A DNA stretch of 64,000 bases from a virus: the IMG/VR virus record IMGVR_UViG_3300002835_007523, positions 1-64,000 of that record. One strand, given 5' to 3'. Below, piece by piece: positions 16,097 through 28,930 of this stretch. Within the stretch, counting starts at the first letter, position 1. The number at the start of each line of letters is the position of its first letter. The position numbers and the translations under genes were made by a program. A model generated the notes under the pieces. That model was not told where the DNA came from. It made no database searches and saw nothing but the letters and a program-made list of their open reading frames with translations.

Positions 16097-17809
16097 GTGA
16101 GTATAGATTTTAGTCCTCCGTCGTATAGGGCGGCATCCTCTGATTTAACTATTTCAATTTCTCCACTAGGATTAGTGGAATTAGCAGATGAAGAGTTTGA
16201 GGTTCACGGTCCTCGTCTAAACCGTTATTCATTAAACTGGGCAATGTATCTTGGCCATCACTGGGCTTATCGCAGAGAAATTGGCGAAGCTCAAATGGTA
16301 TTTAATTACTATAGAGCCTTTACAGATTATATATGTAACTTCACCTTTGGTCGAGGAGTTACCTTCCAGAGCAGCTACGCTACAAATGCGATACTTCCAG
16401 ATATTCTAAAAAGAGTTTGGGAAACCGACAATGAAAAGCATAGCGTTCTTTGGGAAATGGGACAACAGGGCGGAGTATCTGGGGACTGCTTTGTAAAGGT
16501 AGCTTACGAAGAGGCATTTACAGACTCTACTGGGCGAGTCCATCCTGGACGTGTACGTATTCTTCCGTTGAACGCATCATTTTGTTTTCCAGAGTTTCAT
16601 CCACATGATCGCTCCCGTTTAATTAGATTTAAGCTTAAGTACCGTTTCTGGGGAACATCCCTAGAAGGAACTCGTCAGGTATACACATATACTGAAATTC
16701 TTACTGACGATCGCATCGAAGAATACATTAATGATGAGTTGATTGATTCAAGAGCAAACCCTATTGGAACAATTCCAGTAGTTCATATTCCTAACGTCCG
16801 TGTTTCTGGATCCCCTTGGGGACTTTCTGATTGCCATGACATTATTGTTTTAAATAGAAACTATAACGAAGTAGCTACAGATATTGCCGACATCGTGAAC
16901 TATCACGCAGCCCCGGTCACAGTGATCACGGGCGCCAAGGCATCCTCCCTTGAAAAGGGACCGAAGAAGGTCTGGGGCGGTCTACCCAAGGATGCTCAGG
17001 TATTTAATCTAGAAGGTGGCGGACAAGGTCTTGCCGGAGCAATGCAGTATCTTGCAACTCTAAAGACCTCAATGCACGAAATGATGGGGGTTCCCGAAAC
17101 TGCCCTAGGCCAAGTTCAGCCAATCTCAAACACCTCTGGAACAGCTCTATCTATTCAATATCAGCCTCTTATGAACCGCTATAACCAGAAAATGACTCAA
17201 TATAGCGAGGGAATTAAGAAGATCAACGAGCTTGCTCTTTTGACCATTGCGATCAAAGAACCAGAGCTTTTTACCTACAACCCAGATTTTAATGGCCCAA
17301 TAAAATTAGATCAAATAGCCCAATTAGATCCAAACGACCCTGTAACATATGAGACAGTGGTTCACTTCCCTCAACCACTTCCTCTAGACAAGCTCATTCT
17401 CTTGAGCGAAATTCAACAGAAGATGGCTTTAAATCTAGAGAGTAGGGAAGGGGCTTTAAGAACTTTGGGAGAAGAATTCCCAGATGAAAAGCTTCAAGAA
17501 ATTCGTCAAGAGCTTATTGCAGACGCAAAAGCAGATGGCGCATTGAATCTTGTAAAGAAGCAAATCGATGCAGCAATTGCATCGTTAACTGGATTGCTAC
17601 CAGATGGATCAGGGGGCTCAACGCCTGCACCTGGTTCAGAAGTTGGTAGCGGAGTTGGTCCAGGACCAATGGGTCAGCCAGGAGTTATGTCTCCTGAAGA
17701 GGCTCAAACAATCGAACAACTCCAAATAGATTTGGTCACCAAAGCATATGGAACCAGACTTCCAGGACGTAAGATGCCTGGAACAGATTCTAAGTTTGGT
17801 GATCAATAA
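16097..17809 (+). CDS. portal protein
   Basis: Size, position between terminase and scaffold, and NPIGTIPVVHIPN...GLSD and SGTAL motifs of SPP1-like portals. Confidence 0.9.
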   Translation: MSIDFSPPSYRAASSDLTISISPLGLVELADEEFEVHGPRLNRYSLNWAMYLGHHWAYRREIGEAQMVFNYYRAFTDYICNFTFGRGVTFQSSYATNAILPDILKRVWETDNEKHSVLWEMGQQGGVSGDCFVKVAYEEAFTDSTGRVHPGRVRILPLNASFCFPEFHPHDRSRLIRFKLKYRFWGTSLEGTRQVYTYTEILTDDRIEEYINDELIDSRANPIGTIPVVHIPNVRVSGSPWGLSDCHDIIVLNRNYNEVATDIADIVNYHAAPVTVITGAKASSLEKGPKKVWGGLPKDAQVFNLEGGGQGLAGAMQYLATLKTSMHEMMGVPETALGQVQPISNTSGTALSIQYQPLMNRYNQKMTQYSEGIKKINELALLTIAIKEPELFTYNPDFNGPIKLDQIAQLDPNDPVTYETVVHFPQPLPLDKLILLSEIQQKMALNLESREGALRTLGEEFPDEKLQEIRQELIADAKADGALNLVKKQIDAAIASLTGLLPDGSGGSTPAPGSEVGSGVGPGPMGQPGVMSPEEAQTIEQLQIDLVTKAYGTRLPGRKMPGTDSKFGDQ

Positions 17810-17873
17810 AATAAATCCGCAGGTCATCGTGGCATTAATTCGGACAACGACCTCTTAAACCTAAGGAATAAAC

Positions 17874-18650
17874 ATGTCAGAAGCAACAAATGTTGTTGAC
17901 ACTCCAGAAGTGCGTGAAGCATTTCAAACGGATATGCCAACACAAACAGAAACTCTAGTAACACCGGTTCAGCCTAAAGAAGCCGCAACTGGTAAGTCAT
18001 ACACCGAAGAGGATCTACGTAAGGTACGAGAGCAGGAGAAGTCCAAACTCTACCCACAGATTGATTCCCTTAAAGAAGAAGTATCCCTTCTAAAGAAGGA
18101 ACGCGAAGATCGTCAAGCAGAGGCTGACCGTCTTCGTCAGGAACAAGAGGCTGAAGCCCGTAAGAAGGCAGAGGCTGAAATGGATGTTCGCCAGCTCCTA
18201 GAGTCTAAAGAAAAAGAGTGGGCGGAAAGAATTGAGCAAGAGCGCGTAGAGCGCGAAAAAGCCTTTCTTCTTCTCGAAAGAGAGCGTCAGTTTGCAGAAC
18301 TCAATGAGTACCGCAATCAGCGCCTACAGGATGAAAGGGACAATGTTTTACCAGAGCTATTGGACTTAATTACAGGTAATACTAAAGAGGAAATTGAATC
18401 CAGTATCTCAGGTCTAAAGGAACGTTCATCACGTATCCTTGACTCTGCACAGCAGGCTATGCAGTCTGCTCGTAGAGAAATGACAGGCAGCCGGGTAACC
18501 GCGCCGCCTTCCGGACCCCTCGACACCAATTCGGATCAACAACAGTTCACGGCGGAGCAAATAGCCGCTATGTCGGTTACCGAGTACGCAAAACACCGTC
18601 AACGTTTGCTGGGATCAGCAACCGATCGCGGTAAGGGAATATTCGGATAA
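17874..18650 (+). CDS. capsid scaffolding protein
   Basis: Glu/Arg-rich coiled coil before the MCP; C-terminal IAAMSVTEYAKHR. Confidence 0.8.
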   Translation: MSEATNVVDTPEVREAFQTDMPTQTETLVTPVQPKEAATGKSYTEEDLRKVREQEKSKLYPQIDSLKEEVSLLKKEREDRQAEADRLRQEQEAEARKKAEAEMDVRQLLESKEKEWAERIEQERVEREKAFLLLERERQFAELNEYRNQRLQDERDNVLPELLDLITGNTKEEIESSISGLKERSSRILDSAQQAMQSARREMTGSRVTAPPSGPLDTNSDQQQFTAEQIAAMSVTEYAKHRQRLLGSATDRGKGIFG

Positions 18651-18696
18651 AAAGTAATTTCAACTATGTTAATTAACACTAAGGAGTAATACCGAC

Positions 18697-19773
18697 ATGG
18701 CATCAGCCGTAACAGGTACCGGTAATCTCGCCGCGTCACCTACAGCGTATTCTGGCGCTAATAGCCAGCTTACCCAAGCAATTCAAACAATCTGGTCAAA
18801 GGAAATCCTTTTCCAGTCAATGCCGATTCTTCGCTTCGAACAGTTCGCTGTTAAGAAGACTGAACTAGGCGTTGCACCTGGTCTCCAGATTAACTTTATG
18901 CGTTACAACAACCTCGGCTTCGCTTCAGCGCTTGTTGAAGGTGTTCGTATGCAGACAAACGCATTGACAGCACAGCAATTTTCAATTACTGTTGCAGAGC
19001 ACGGATACGCAATTGCAGTATCTGAACTTCTTCTCAATGCATCCTTCGACGATGTGATGGCATCTGCTTCACGTCTTCTTGGTCGCAACATGGCCCTCTA
19101 TCTTGATGGCCAGGCACGCGACACACTCATGGCAGCATCTTCCGTTATTTACGGTTATGATCGTTCTGCTAACGTAGCAGTCAATGACTGGTACACATCA
19201 GGTACTGTTGGATCTTCCCGTGCTTCTTTGACCGGTAACTTCCACCTAACCACCTCTACTGTTAAGGATGCAGTCGAGACTCTAGCAACCAAGAACATTC
19301 CACGGTTGGGCGAAACCTACGTGGCATTCGTTCACCCACACCAGAGCCGTCGTCTTCGTGATCTTCCAGAATTTATTGAAGTCACTAAGTACGCTGCTCC
19401 AGGTAACTTCATGCTCGGTGAAATTGGTCGTCTATACGACACAGTATTCATTGAGACCACACAGATCCAGAAGGTAACAAACGGTGCAGGTTCAGGTTAC
19501 ACAACTGACACCGCTGTTGCTCCTGGCTCAATTGTCTACCCAACTGGTGGAGGTTACACCACCCCAGTAACAAAGACCGGTAACGGTAACAAGGATCGCT
19601 ACACAGCAATCTTTATTGGTGACAATGCATTCGGTCACGCAATCTCCCTTCCAGTCGAACTCCGCGATGGCGGTATTCTTGACTTCGGTCGTGAGCATGC
19701 GCTTGCTTGGTACGCTATCTATGGTCTTGGTCTTATTACTGACCAGTCTGTAGTCTTGGCAGAAACCAACTAA
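18697..19773 (+). CDS. major capsid protein (N4-gp56-like)
   Basis: 358 aa after the scaffold; YVAFVHP, GEIGRL, FIET and ALAWYAIYG motifs. Confidence 0.92.
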   Translation: MASAVTGTGNLAASPTAYSGANSQLTQAIQTIWSKEILFQSMPILRFEQFAVKKTELGVAPGLQINFMRYNNLGFASALVEGVRMQTNALTAQQFSITVAEHGYAIAVSELLLNASFDDVMASASRLLGRNMALYLDGQARDTLMAASSVIYGYDRSANVAVNDWYTSGTVGSSRASLTGNFHLTTSTVKDAVETLATKNIPRLGETYVAFVHPHQSRRLRDLPEFIEVTKYAAPGNFMLGEIGRLYDTVFIETTQIQKVTNGAGSGYTTDTAVAPGSIVYPTGGGYTTPVTKTGNGNKDRYTAIFIGDNAFGHAISLPVELRDGGILDFGREHALAWYAIYGLGLITDQSVVLAETN

Positions 19774-19782
19774 GAACTTTAT

Positions 19783-19809
19783 GACCTGGGTATGTCTTAA
19801 AACTGCCCA
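19783..19809 (+). other. compact H-type pseudoknot candidate after the MCP stop
   Basis: GAC/GTC and TGGGTA/TGCCCA interleaved. Confidence 0.45.
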
Positions 19810-19840
19810 CTAAAAACAAGAACTTAGGAGAATAATAATC

Positions 19841-20206
19841 GTGGCAAAAGCAAAAGTTACTGATTTTACTGGCCGTCAACGTGAAGAAATGATGAAGGCC
19901 AACGCAGAAGCTCTCGCAAAGAGGGCTGAAGAAATGACACTAGCCTCACAAGTTGAGGCGGAGAGACTAGAGACTGAAGTCTATGATCTTACAACAGGAT
20001 CAGAGCCAACAGTTATCGATGAAGTCGAGTCTCTGGGCGTAACAAGTGCAGACGACAGTCAAGTTATTCGTCTAGCTGAAGATCTAGAATTTGTAACAAT
20101 CGGCGTAGGAAATAACTATTCCTTTAAGGCCGGACAAAAGTATAAGGTTCCGAAGAATGTGGCAGCACACCTTCAAGAAAAAGGATACCTATACGAGCGC
20201 CTCTAA
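19841..20206 (+). CDS. head-associated hypothetical protein
   Basis: AGGAG SD, GTG start, directly after the MCP. Confidence 0.75.
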   Translation: MAKAKVTDFTGRQREEMMKANAEALAKRAEEMTLASQVEAERLETEVYDLTTGSEPTVIDEVESLGVTSADDSQVIRLAEDLEFVTIGVGNNYSFKAGQKYKVPKNVAAHLQEKGYLYERL

Positions 20207-20222
20207 GGCACATATCTAGGAC

Positions 20223-20267
20223 GCCCGCTTCGACTAAACGCCCTCCTGTCGAAGCGGGTCTTTTTTT
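20223..20267 (+). terminator. intrinsic terminator with a 13-nt anti-SD loop
   Basis: GCCCGCTTCGAC/GTCGAAGCGGGT stem, loop TAAACGCCCTCCT, T7 tail. Confidence 0.85.
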
Positions 20268-20331
20268 AACCTGTACAACTTAAGCTTATTTGAGATTATT
20301 AGATAAGTAGATCTTGAGGATATGAGGATAA

Positions 20332-21401
20332 GTGGCAACTTTAGCATCCCTCGCTGACCGCTTGAGGGCAGAAATTGGCGATATAGCCCGCTCATTCACT
20401 GAGGAGTTACGCGGTGACGGAGAATCAAAAAGATTCCAATTAACTGAGGCCCCAATAAATGCAGCTTCACTTTCGATAAAGGTGAACGGCGTAGAAGTAT
20501 CCTCCACCGCAACTATAGAAGAAGTTACTGGAATGATTCAGCTATCTTCTGCCCCTATTGATGGGGCAACCGTATATATTTCTGGAACCTCATTTAAATA
20601 CTTTACAGATACAGAAATTCAATACTATGTAAACACTGCGTTTATAGAGCACGCAAGAAGCATTACAGACAGTAACGGTAGCCGAGTTACTATGGCAACC
20701 CTTCCAGCTATTGACGAGTATCCAGTAGTTCTTTTGGCATCTACTATGGCCCTGTATACCCTGGCTACAGATGCAGCTTTTGATATTGACATTATCTCTC
20801 CAGACGGAGTTTCTATTCCTCGTTCCGAGCGTTATCGCCAGCTCATGGAAACAGTTACAAATAGAAAAGAACAATACCGAGAGCTTTGCAACATGCTTGG
20901 CACCGGTATGTACAAGATCGAAGTATTCACTCTACGCAAGATTAGTCGACGTACAAACAAGTACGTACCGATTTATCGTCCACAGGAAATCGACGATGGG
21001 TCTATGCCACAAAGAGTCTACCTACAAATGCCAGACTATGGCGACATTACCTTGCCAAGTCCAGTTACTAATAAAGATCTTTCTTTGTACTCAGGAGACG
21101 ACTTTGACATCCAGCTCAAATTCTCTATGGACCTATCAACTTACACGCCTCTTGCACAAATTAGACTTTTCCCAACATTCCCATCAAATCAGGTGGGCCC
21201 AGTTATCCTTACTACCTTTGAAACTACGATAACAGCATCTGTACCTGGAGGAATACTCGATACATTAAATCTTCACTTGGATAGTGATGTTACTGCAAAG
21301 CTTCCAAGAACGGCATATTACGACATACAACTTACATCAAGCACAGGTCTTGTTAGAACGTATCTAGAGGGCAAAGTATTTACTAAACCTCAGGTATCGA
21401 A

Positions 21402-21405
<4 letters not shown>
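20332..21405 (+). CDS. head-tail adaptor or neck protein with C-terminal Ig/BppU-like domain
   Basis: LRAEIGD and YFTDTEI adaptor motifs; C-terminal YDIQLT...YLEGKV. Confidence 0.6.
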
Positions 21406-23567
<2,162 letters not shown>

Positions 23568-23576
23568 GGAGACATA

Positions 23577-24290
23577 GTGCCAATTAATCCCAGTTTTTCT
23601 GCTCTAGAAGCAGTCATTACTGCCAAGGTAGAGTCAGTAGCTACCAACATTGACAACAAAGACCTTCTAATTCAGATGAAGGCTCTTGAAGCTGCAGTAG
23701 CAAACCTAGCTTTAACTAAAGTTATTGCTGAGGGTACCTTCCAACAAGGTCAGGTAACCAGCACTGCAAATACTGCAATCTCAACACTGAATACTGGAGT
23801 AACTACTGCTCAAACAAATTTAAATAATATTGTTACTACAGCAACCTCAAACCTAAATACCGCGGCATCAAATGCCATTGATGACTTTAATGATGTAGCT
23901 ACCCCAGTAATTGCAACCATCAACGATCTCCTTGCAGACCTTGGTGAGACAAATACTCAGGACATTATCGATCTGGTTACTGCGTCTTTGGGACAGATAA
24001 CTACCGCTGCAAATACAGCTACAGGTCAGATAGCTTCAGCTCAAAGCGATGCCCTAACCATCATTGCCTCGACCGGAACCTCAGCCATAGGAAACATTAC
24101 CGATACCCGAGACCTTGCCCTAGGAGCTTTAACCACCCAACAGACCTCATCTATTACGGCTATAAATACCGCTAGAGATGCGGCAGTTGCTGCGGTTAGT
24201 GCCTCCGGAGACGTAACCAATCAGATAAACTTCCTAAGAAATGACCGTTGGCTTGGTCTTAACATATTTGGGCCATCAACAGGCAATTAA
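23577..24290 (+). CDS. helical Ala/Thr-rich fibre protein
   Basis: Coiled-coil-like; N-terminus similar to that of 24356..25732. Confidence 0.65.
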   Translation: MPINPSFSALEAVITAKVESVATNIDNKDLLIQMKALEAAVANLALTKVIAEGTFQQGQVTSTANTAISTLNTGVTTAQTNLNNIVTTATSNLNTAASNAIDDFNDVATPVIATINDLLADLGETNTQDIIDLVTASLGQITTAANTATGQIASAQSDALTIIASTGTSAIGNITDTRDLALGALTTQQTSSITAINTARDAAVAAVSASGDVTNQINFLRNDRWLGLNIFGPSTGN

Positions 24291-24355
24291 GGGTTCAAAT
24301 TGACAATTTTTACTTATACTAGCTTACTGGGTAAATCCCTCGAAGGAGAAAACTA

Positions 24356-25732
24356 ATGCCATCCTACTCAGCGCTTAATACGCAAATCGATGCGGTCAAG
24401 GCAGAGATCACCACATCACTTGCTGCAAGCACTTATACTGCTCAAGACTTGGTTTATATTGCCAAGACACTTGAAACTCTTGGCAACCTACTTGGCATTA
24501 ATGACCTAGTAGCAGCATCAGCCGATGCTCAAGATGCACTTAATGATCAACTCGAAGCAATTCTAGACGGAACTGCTCCGGCTAACGTAGGTAAGCTATA
24601 CGTAGGCGCTGAAGCGCAGTCCTTTGAATTGTCAGCTGGTCTACAAGACCCTGCAGTTATTGCAAGTATTAATACTCCAGACTATGCACAGATTGCTTTC
24701 CAAAATAAGGGAAATGGTGCAAACTCTTCAACAGACTTTATTGCCTATTCAAATAACGGAACAGATGATTCTGGATATATTGATATGGGTATTACATCTG
24801 CAACATTTGCTGACCCAGACTTTACAATTACCGGACCTAACGATGGTTATATTTTCTTCGAAGCACCAAGAGTTTTAACCTCATCCGTAAATGGTAAGTC
24901 TCTAACAAATAACGTAGCAACACTTACTACACCTACAGCCCACGGATTCCGTGTTGGCATGCCTGTAGTTGTTACCGGCGTTGACGGTATCTTTAACGGA
25001 ACTTACACAATTGCATCTATTCCAACAACTACTAGCTTTACATACGCTAAAACAAATGGTGACGTAACTTTCTTAGCGGTATCTCCGGCAGGAAACGCAG
25101 TTGCTGGAACCACTGGTAAGGGTAACCTAATATTTGCAACATCAGATAACGGTACTGAAAATAATATTATTTTTGCAGCTGGTGGTCTTGCATCTGACAA
25201 TACTCAGATGGTTATCATTCCAGACCAAACTGTACACGTTGAGATCGCTACCCAATCTACTTCCACAACTACCGGTGCTCTTGTAGTAGCCGGAGGTATG
25301 GGTGTTACTGGTGACGTAAATATCGGTGGTGACGTAAACATCACGGGTACTATCTCCTTTACAGGCGGTGGAACAACAGTTGAAACTGCAAACATTTCTA
25401 TCGTTGCACCTATGGTATTCACCGCACAGGACAATCCATCAAATCTGCTAGACTTTGCCCTTGTCGGAGAATACAATATTAGTGGATCTGATAAGTGGAC
25501 TGCGGTCTCTAAGGATGCAGATACCGGTGTTTGGAACTTTGTATCTAATATTACAACAAAGCCAACAACCACTATTAACTACTCACAAGCAGGACTTGCT
25601 TATGACAAGATTAAAGTGGATCAAGTTGAGCTTGTTTCTGCCCCAGCAACAGCTACACAAGCTGCAAATAAGGGGTATGTAGACACTGCTCGTGCTCAAG
25701 AGCAGCTTGCAGCAGTTATGGGAATATTCTAA
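24356..25732 (+). CDS. fibre or structural protein
   Basis: HGFRVGMPVVVTGV...NGTYTI beta domain, STSTTTGALVVAGGMGV and AANKGYVD fibre motifs. Confidence 0.75.
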   Translation: MPSYSALNTQIDAVKAEITTSLAASTYTAQDLVYIAKTLETLGNLLGINDLVAASADAQDALNDQLEAILDGTAPANVGKLYVGAEAQSFELSAGLQDPAVIASINTPDYAQIAFQNKGNGANSSTDFIAYSNNGTDDSGYIDMGITSATFADPDFTITGPNDGYIFFEAPRVLTSSVNGKSLTNNVATLTTPTAHGFRVGMPVVVTGVDGIFNGTYTIASIPTTTSFTYAKTNGDVTFLAVSPAGNAVAGTTGKGNLIFATSDNGTENNIIFAAGGLASDNTQMVIIPDQTVHVEIATQSTSTTTGALVVAGGMGVTGDVNIGGDVNITGTISFTGGGTTVETANISIVAPMVFTAQDNPSNLLDFALVGEYNISGSDKWTAVSKDADTGVWNFVSNITTKPTTTINYSQAGLAYDKIKVDQVELVSAPATATQAANKGYVDTARAQEQLAAVMGIF

Positions 25733-25775
25733 CCGACGGGTAAGAACTAATAGTTACTTAGGAGGTAACAAATAA

Positions 25776-26078
25776 ATGGCAAATACAGTAAAGAAGCTGT
25801 TCCGCGGCAACGTGGCAACATCTGCAGCAGATGTGTACACAGTGCCATCAGCTACTACTGCAGTAATCACCAATATCGTGCTAACAAACACCACTAGCAA
25901 CGTATTGACTGGAACAGTAAAGCTATCTACACATGAAGTGCTCTCTGCAGTAACAGTTCCTGCAAACGGCATTTTTGCTCTAGACATTAAGCAGGTTATG
26001 GATGCATCTGAAACCGTAAACGCAGTTGGTTCTGCTGCAGGTCTAAAGCTTCACGTCTCAGGGATGGAGATTAACTAA
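25776..26078 (+). CDS. small beta-rich fibre adaptor protein
   Basis: YTVPSATTAVITNIVLTN...HVSGMEI; similar to 34778..35110. Confidence 0.7.
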   Translation: MANTVKKLFRGNVATSAADVYTVPSATTAVITNIVLTNTTSNVLTGTVKLSTHEVLSAVTVPANGIFALDIKQVMDASETVNAVGSAAGLKLHVSGMEIN

Positions 26079-26080
26079 CA

Positions 26081-28927
26081 ATGGGAGCTCTAGTCTATCC
26101 TTCAACATCTGGCCAAGGCGTAGGTGCATTAACCTATAGCTTTGCTGCCGCTCCTGGTGCTGAATACAACACCACTGAATTAAATGCTAACGGAATCTAT
26201 GAGTTTCGTGCTCAAGAAGAGCCACTAACCGTAGCTATCTACGCTGTTGGTAATCTTACTTCTCCTATTGAGACAGTAGCTCTTGCTAAGAATAAAGCAT
26301 TTACTCATAATGGAACCATTGCTCGTATCCGTATTTTGAGCTCATCTACTGGTGGAAACACTGCTGGTACTGGTTCAACACTTCTTATTATTAAGTACAG
26401 CTCTTCAACACCATCTCGTACAGGATCTGCAATCGATGGTCTTGGCGATGTTTACGCACACACTGAGAAGTCAACTGACTGGTTTGCTTACGAAGGTTAC
26501 GGAATGAATACCAGCCGTAACCCAATGACAGCTCGTCTTGATGGAACTGGAAGCACTGCAGCTTGGGTGTGCTGGACATATAACTCAGCCGGAGATGGCG
26601 TATACCGTTTCCGTAACACCCCAAGTACAGGACAAGGAATTGGTACCTCCTCAACTACCTTCTCAGGTATTGCTGGAAACTTCTTCTTCAAGTCCATGTC
26701 CAATACGACAAATACTTGGACTCGTCTTGCAGACATTCCTCTACCTCCACAAGCTATTGAAAACGGAACTACATTTGCTGAGCAGCGTCTACGCCGTGCA
26801 GTAATGTGGGATACCGGAGATGACCTTATTGTTTGGTTCCGCTGCGTTGATAACAGAACCCAGACAATTAACTCTGTTCAATATACTTCAGTAGATACAT
26901 ACCTATACATCTATACAAAAGCTACTGATACTTGGACATTTGTTGGTGCGTGGAACCTTGGCGCAACAGGCTATAACTCATATGTTGATGGTCCTCAAAT
27001 GTCGTTTACTCACGTTATAAATGGCGTTCGCTTCTGGTACAACTGGCAGCAAGAGCGTTCAAGTAACGGATTTATTCGTTATAACCTAGCAACAGGTGTT
27101 CGTGAAGCAATCACTTCAGCAGCTGATACTTGGCATGAAGGATCTTATGTAAATAACTACTTCCTTGCTAGCCCAACTCAAGGTATTGGTAACACTGATG
27201 GTGGTTCAACTGACTATCAGATTTACGACCCAACTAACAACGTATGGGCAAAGGTAACCCCCCCATCACGTCTAAATGAGGCATCAACTTGGTTCCGTGG
27301 CGGTCAGATTTTCCGTTACAACGCAACTTCGTTTGGTGTTATCGGTCGTCGTACATATACCACAGACAACACAGCTCCAGGAAACGGAGACCGCTATTGG
27401 GGACGCCGTCTATGGATCTATGACACCGCTACTCAGTCACTTGATCGTTGGTTAGATAAGTCCTTTGAAATGGAAGATTTCTACCCAGTAGCAATGCGTC
27501 CAGGACATGATACTTATGGTTCAACCTTTATTTGGCAGCCAGCAGGTTCTTCTTGGAATGGTCGTTTCTTCCGCTTCCGAAACAACTATGGTAGTTCAGC
27601 GCTATCTCGTCATAACCACGACTATGTAGACGTTACAAGGCCAAAGAAAGTAGATCTTATTGGAGCATATCGTCCTCGTGGCGAAATGTCTGTAGGTCTA
27701 AATACCGTTCTTGCATTTGGTTTACACAGAAACCCATTCGCTAGAGCTGTGATCTGGGCATCCTATGGTCAAAATACCTGGGATTCTGAAGTTCGTGGAG
27801 GACGTTCAGCTGGATCAACATATGACTCTACAGGTAGAAGCCGACATGGTTTTGAGAGCATGGGTGCAGAACTCATCTCTACAGCTGGAGAAATTTATCC
27901 AGTTCTAAATGATATGCAAATCATTCAATCTATTTACGACCCACAAATGCGTCGTTATTATGTAACTGGTTTTAGACCATCTCGTTTGGGATTTGTTTGG
28001 AACAACGGTAACTATCCATTCTCCACATTCAACCGCTCTCCATGGCGTCAAGTTTCAGCGTGGGTCGAAGAAGATACCGGAAGATTTGAGTATCTAGATT
28101 ACAACCAGGGTGGTGATGATACATCTGACGATACCTCTAGAACATGGGCGCAAGGTCAACCGTTCATTTCCTCAACTGAAAACCCAGGTGAAATCTCAAT
28201 CTTCTCAAACGGCCGTGCATATCGTCCAGGAGTCCACTTCATTCGTCCATACGACTCTGATGTGTGGGAAGTTTATAATATCTGGAACCTCTTTAACTGG
28301 GAGTATGGATTTACACAACGCTTCGTAAGCTATACCTGGATCAGCTCACAGTGGCAAGGAGATGGCCGCGTACCTCAGACCTATACATTTACACATGACG
28401 CAATCTCTAATAACTTTGTGCAAGTTGTTAAGTTTGGAGCCGGTCGTCTAAGCCGTACAGGTATTCCAGAGGGAACAATATTCTGGGATGGACGTTCACT
28501 CCTTCAGTATAGCCAGGAATCTGGTGTAGCCCCATTTGCTGCTACACAAACCGGATGGCGTCGTTTGCATACAACCTCTAGCCCATATTGGTCTCAAGAC
28601 ACTACTATGAACCGTACACCTCACGTATGGTACGACGGTCGATATGCGATCTGCGAAAAGCCTGACAGCACAGGTTACTATGTCTTTGATATGGACAACC
28701 TTTCTGCAGAGCCTAAAGTAATTGTTTCTCATATCCCAATTAACTCTCGTCCTACCCCTAACTATCAGGGCGGTAACTCTGGAAGTATTGGTAGCTTCTG
28801 GTGGTACTTCTCCTATAATAAGGCTTGCCTCGGTGGCGTAGAAATCATCGCAGGTGGTTCTGAACAGGACAGCGTACGTACTTGGAGAAATCCAAACTAC
28901 TACCTAGTAAGATCTAAGGAGGCATAA
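26081..28927 (+). CDS. large beta-rich (Kelch/propeller-like) putative receptor-binding protein
   Basis: Repeated (I)YD..T.TW blade motifs (YTKATDTW, IYDPTNNVW, IYDTATQS); aromatic-rich. Confidence 0.6.
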   Translation: MGALVYPSTSGQGVGALTYSFAAAPGAEYNTTELNANGIYEFRAQEEPLTVAIYAVGNLTSPIETVALAKNKAFTHNGTIARIRILSSSTGGNTAGTGSTLLIIKYSSSTPSRTGSAIDGLGDVYAHTEKSTDWFAYEGYGMNTSRNPMTARLDGTGSTAAWVCWTYNSAGDGVYRFRNTPSTGQGIGTSSTTFSGIAGNFFFKSMSNTTNTWTRLADIPLPPQAIENGTTFAEQRLRRAVMWDTGDDLIVWFRCVDNRTQTINSVQYTSVDTYLYIYTKATDTWTFVGAWNLGATGYNSYVDGPQMSFTHVINGVRFWYNWQQERSSNGFIRYNLATGVREAITSAADTWHEGSYVNNYFLASPTQGIGNTDGGSTDYQIYDPTNNVWAKVTPPSRLNEASTWFRGGQIFRYNATSFGVIGRRTYTTDNTAPGNGDRYWGRRLWIYDTATQSLDRWLDKSFEMEDFYPVAMRPGHDTYGSTFIWQPAGSSWNGRFFRFRNNYGSSALSRHNHDYVDVTRPKKVDLIGAYRPRGEMSVGLNTVLAFGLHRNPFARAVIWASYGQNTWDSEVRGGRSAGSTYDSTGRSRHGFESMGAELISTAGEIYPVLNDMQIIQSIYDPQMRRYYVTGFRPSRLGFVWNNGNYPFSTFNRSPWRQVSAWVEEDTGRFEYLDYNQGGDDTSDDTSRTWAQGQPFISSTENPGEISIFSNGRAYRPGVHFIRPYDSDVWEVYNIWNLFNWEYGFTQRFVSYTWISSQWQGDGRVPQTYTFTHDAISNNFVQVVKFGAGRLSRTGIPEGTIFWDGRSLLQYSQESGVAPFAATQTGWRRLHTTSSPYWSQDTTMNRTPHVWYDGRYAICEKPDSTGYYVFDMDNLSAEPKVIVSHIPINSRPTPNYQGGNSGSIGSFWWYFSYNKACLGGVEIIAGGSEQDSVRTWRNPNYYLVRSKEA

Positions 28928-28930
28928 CAA

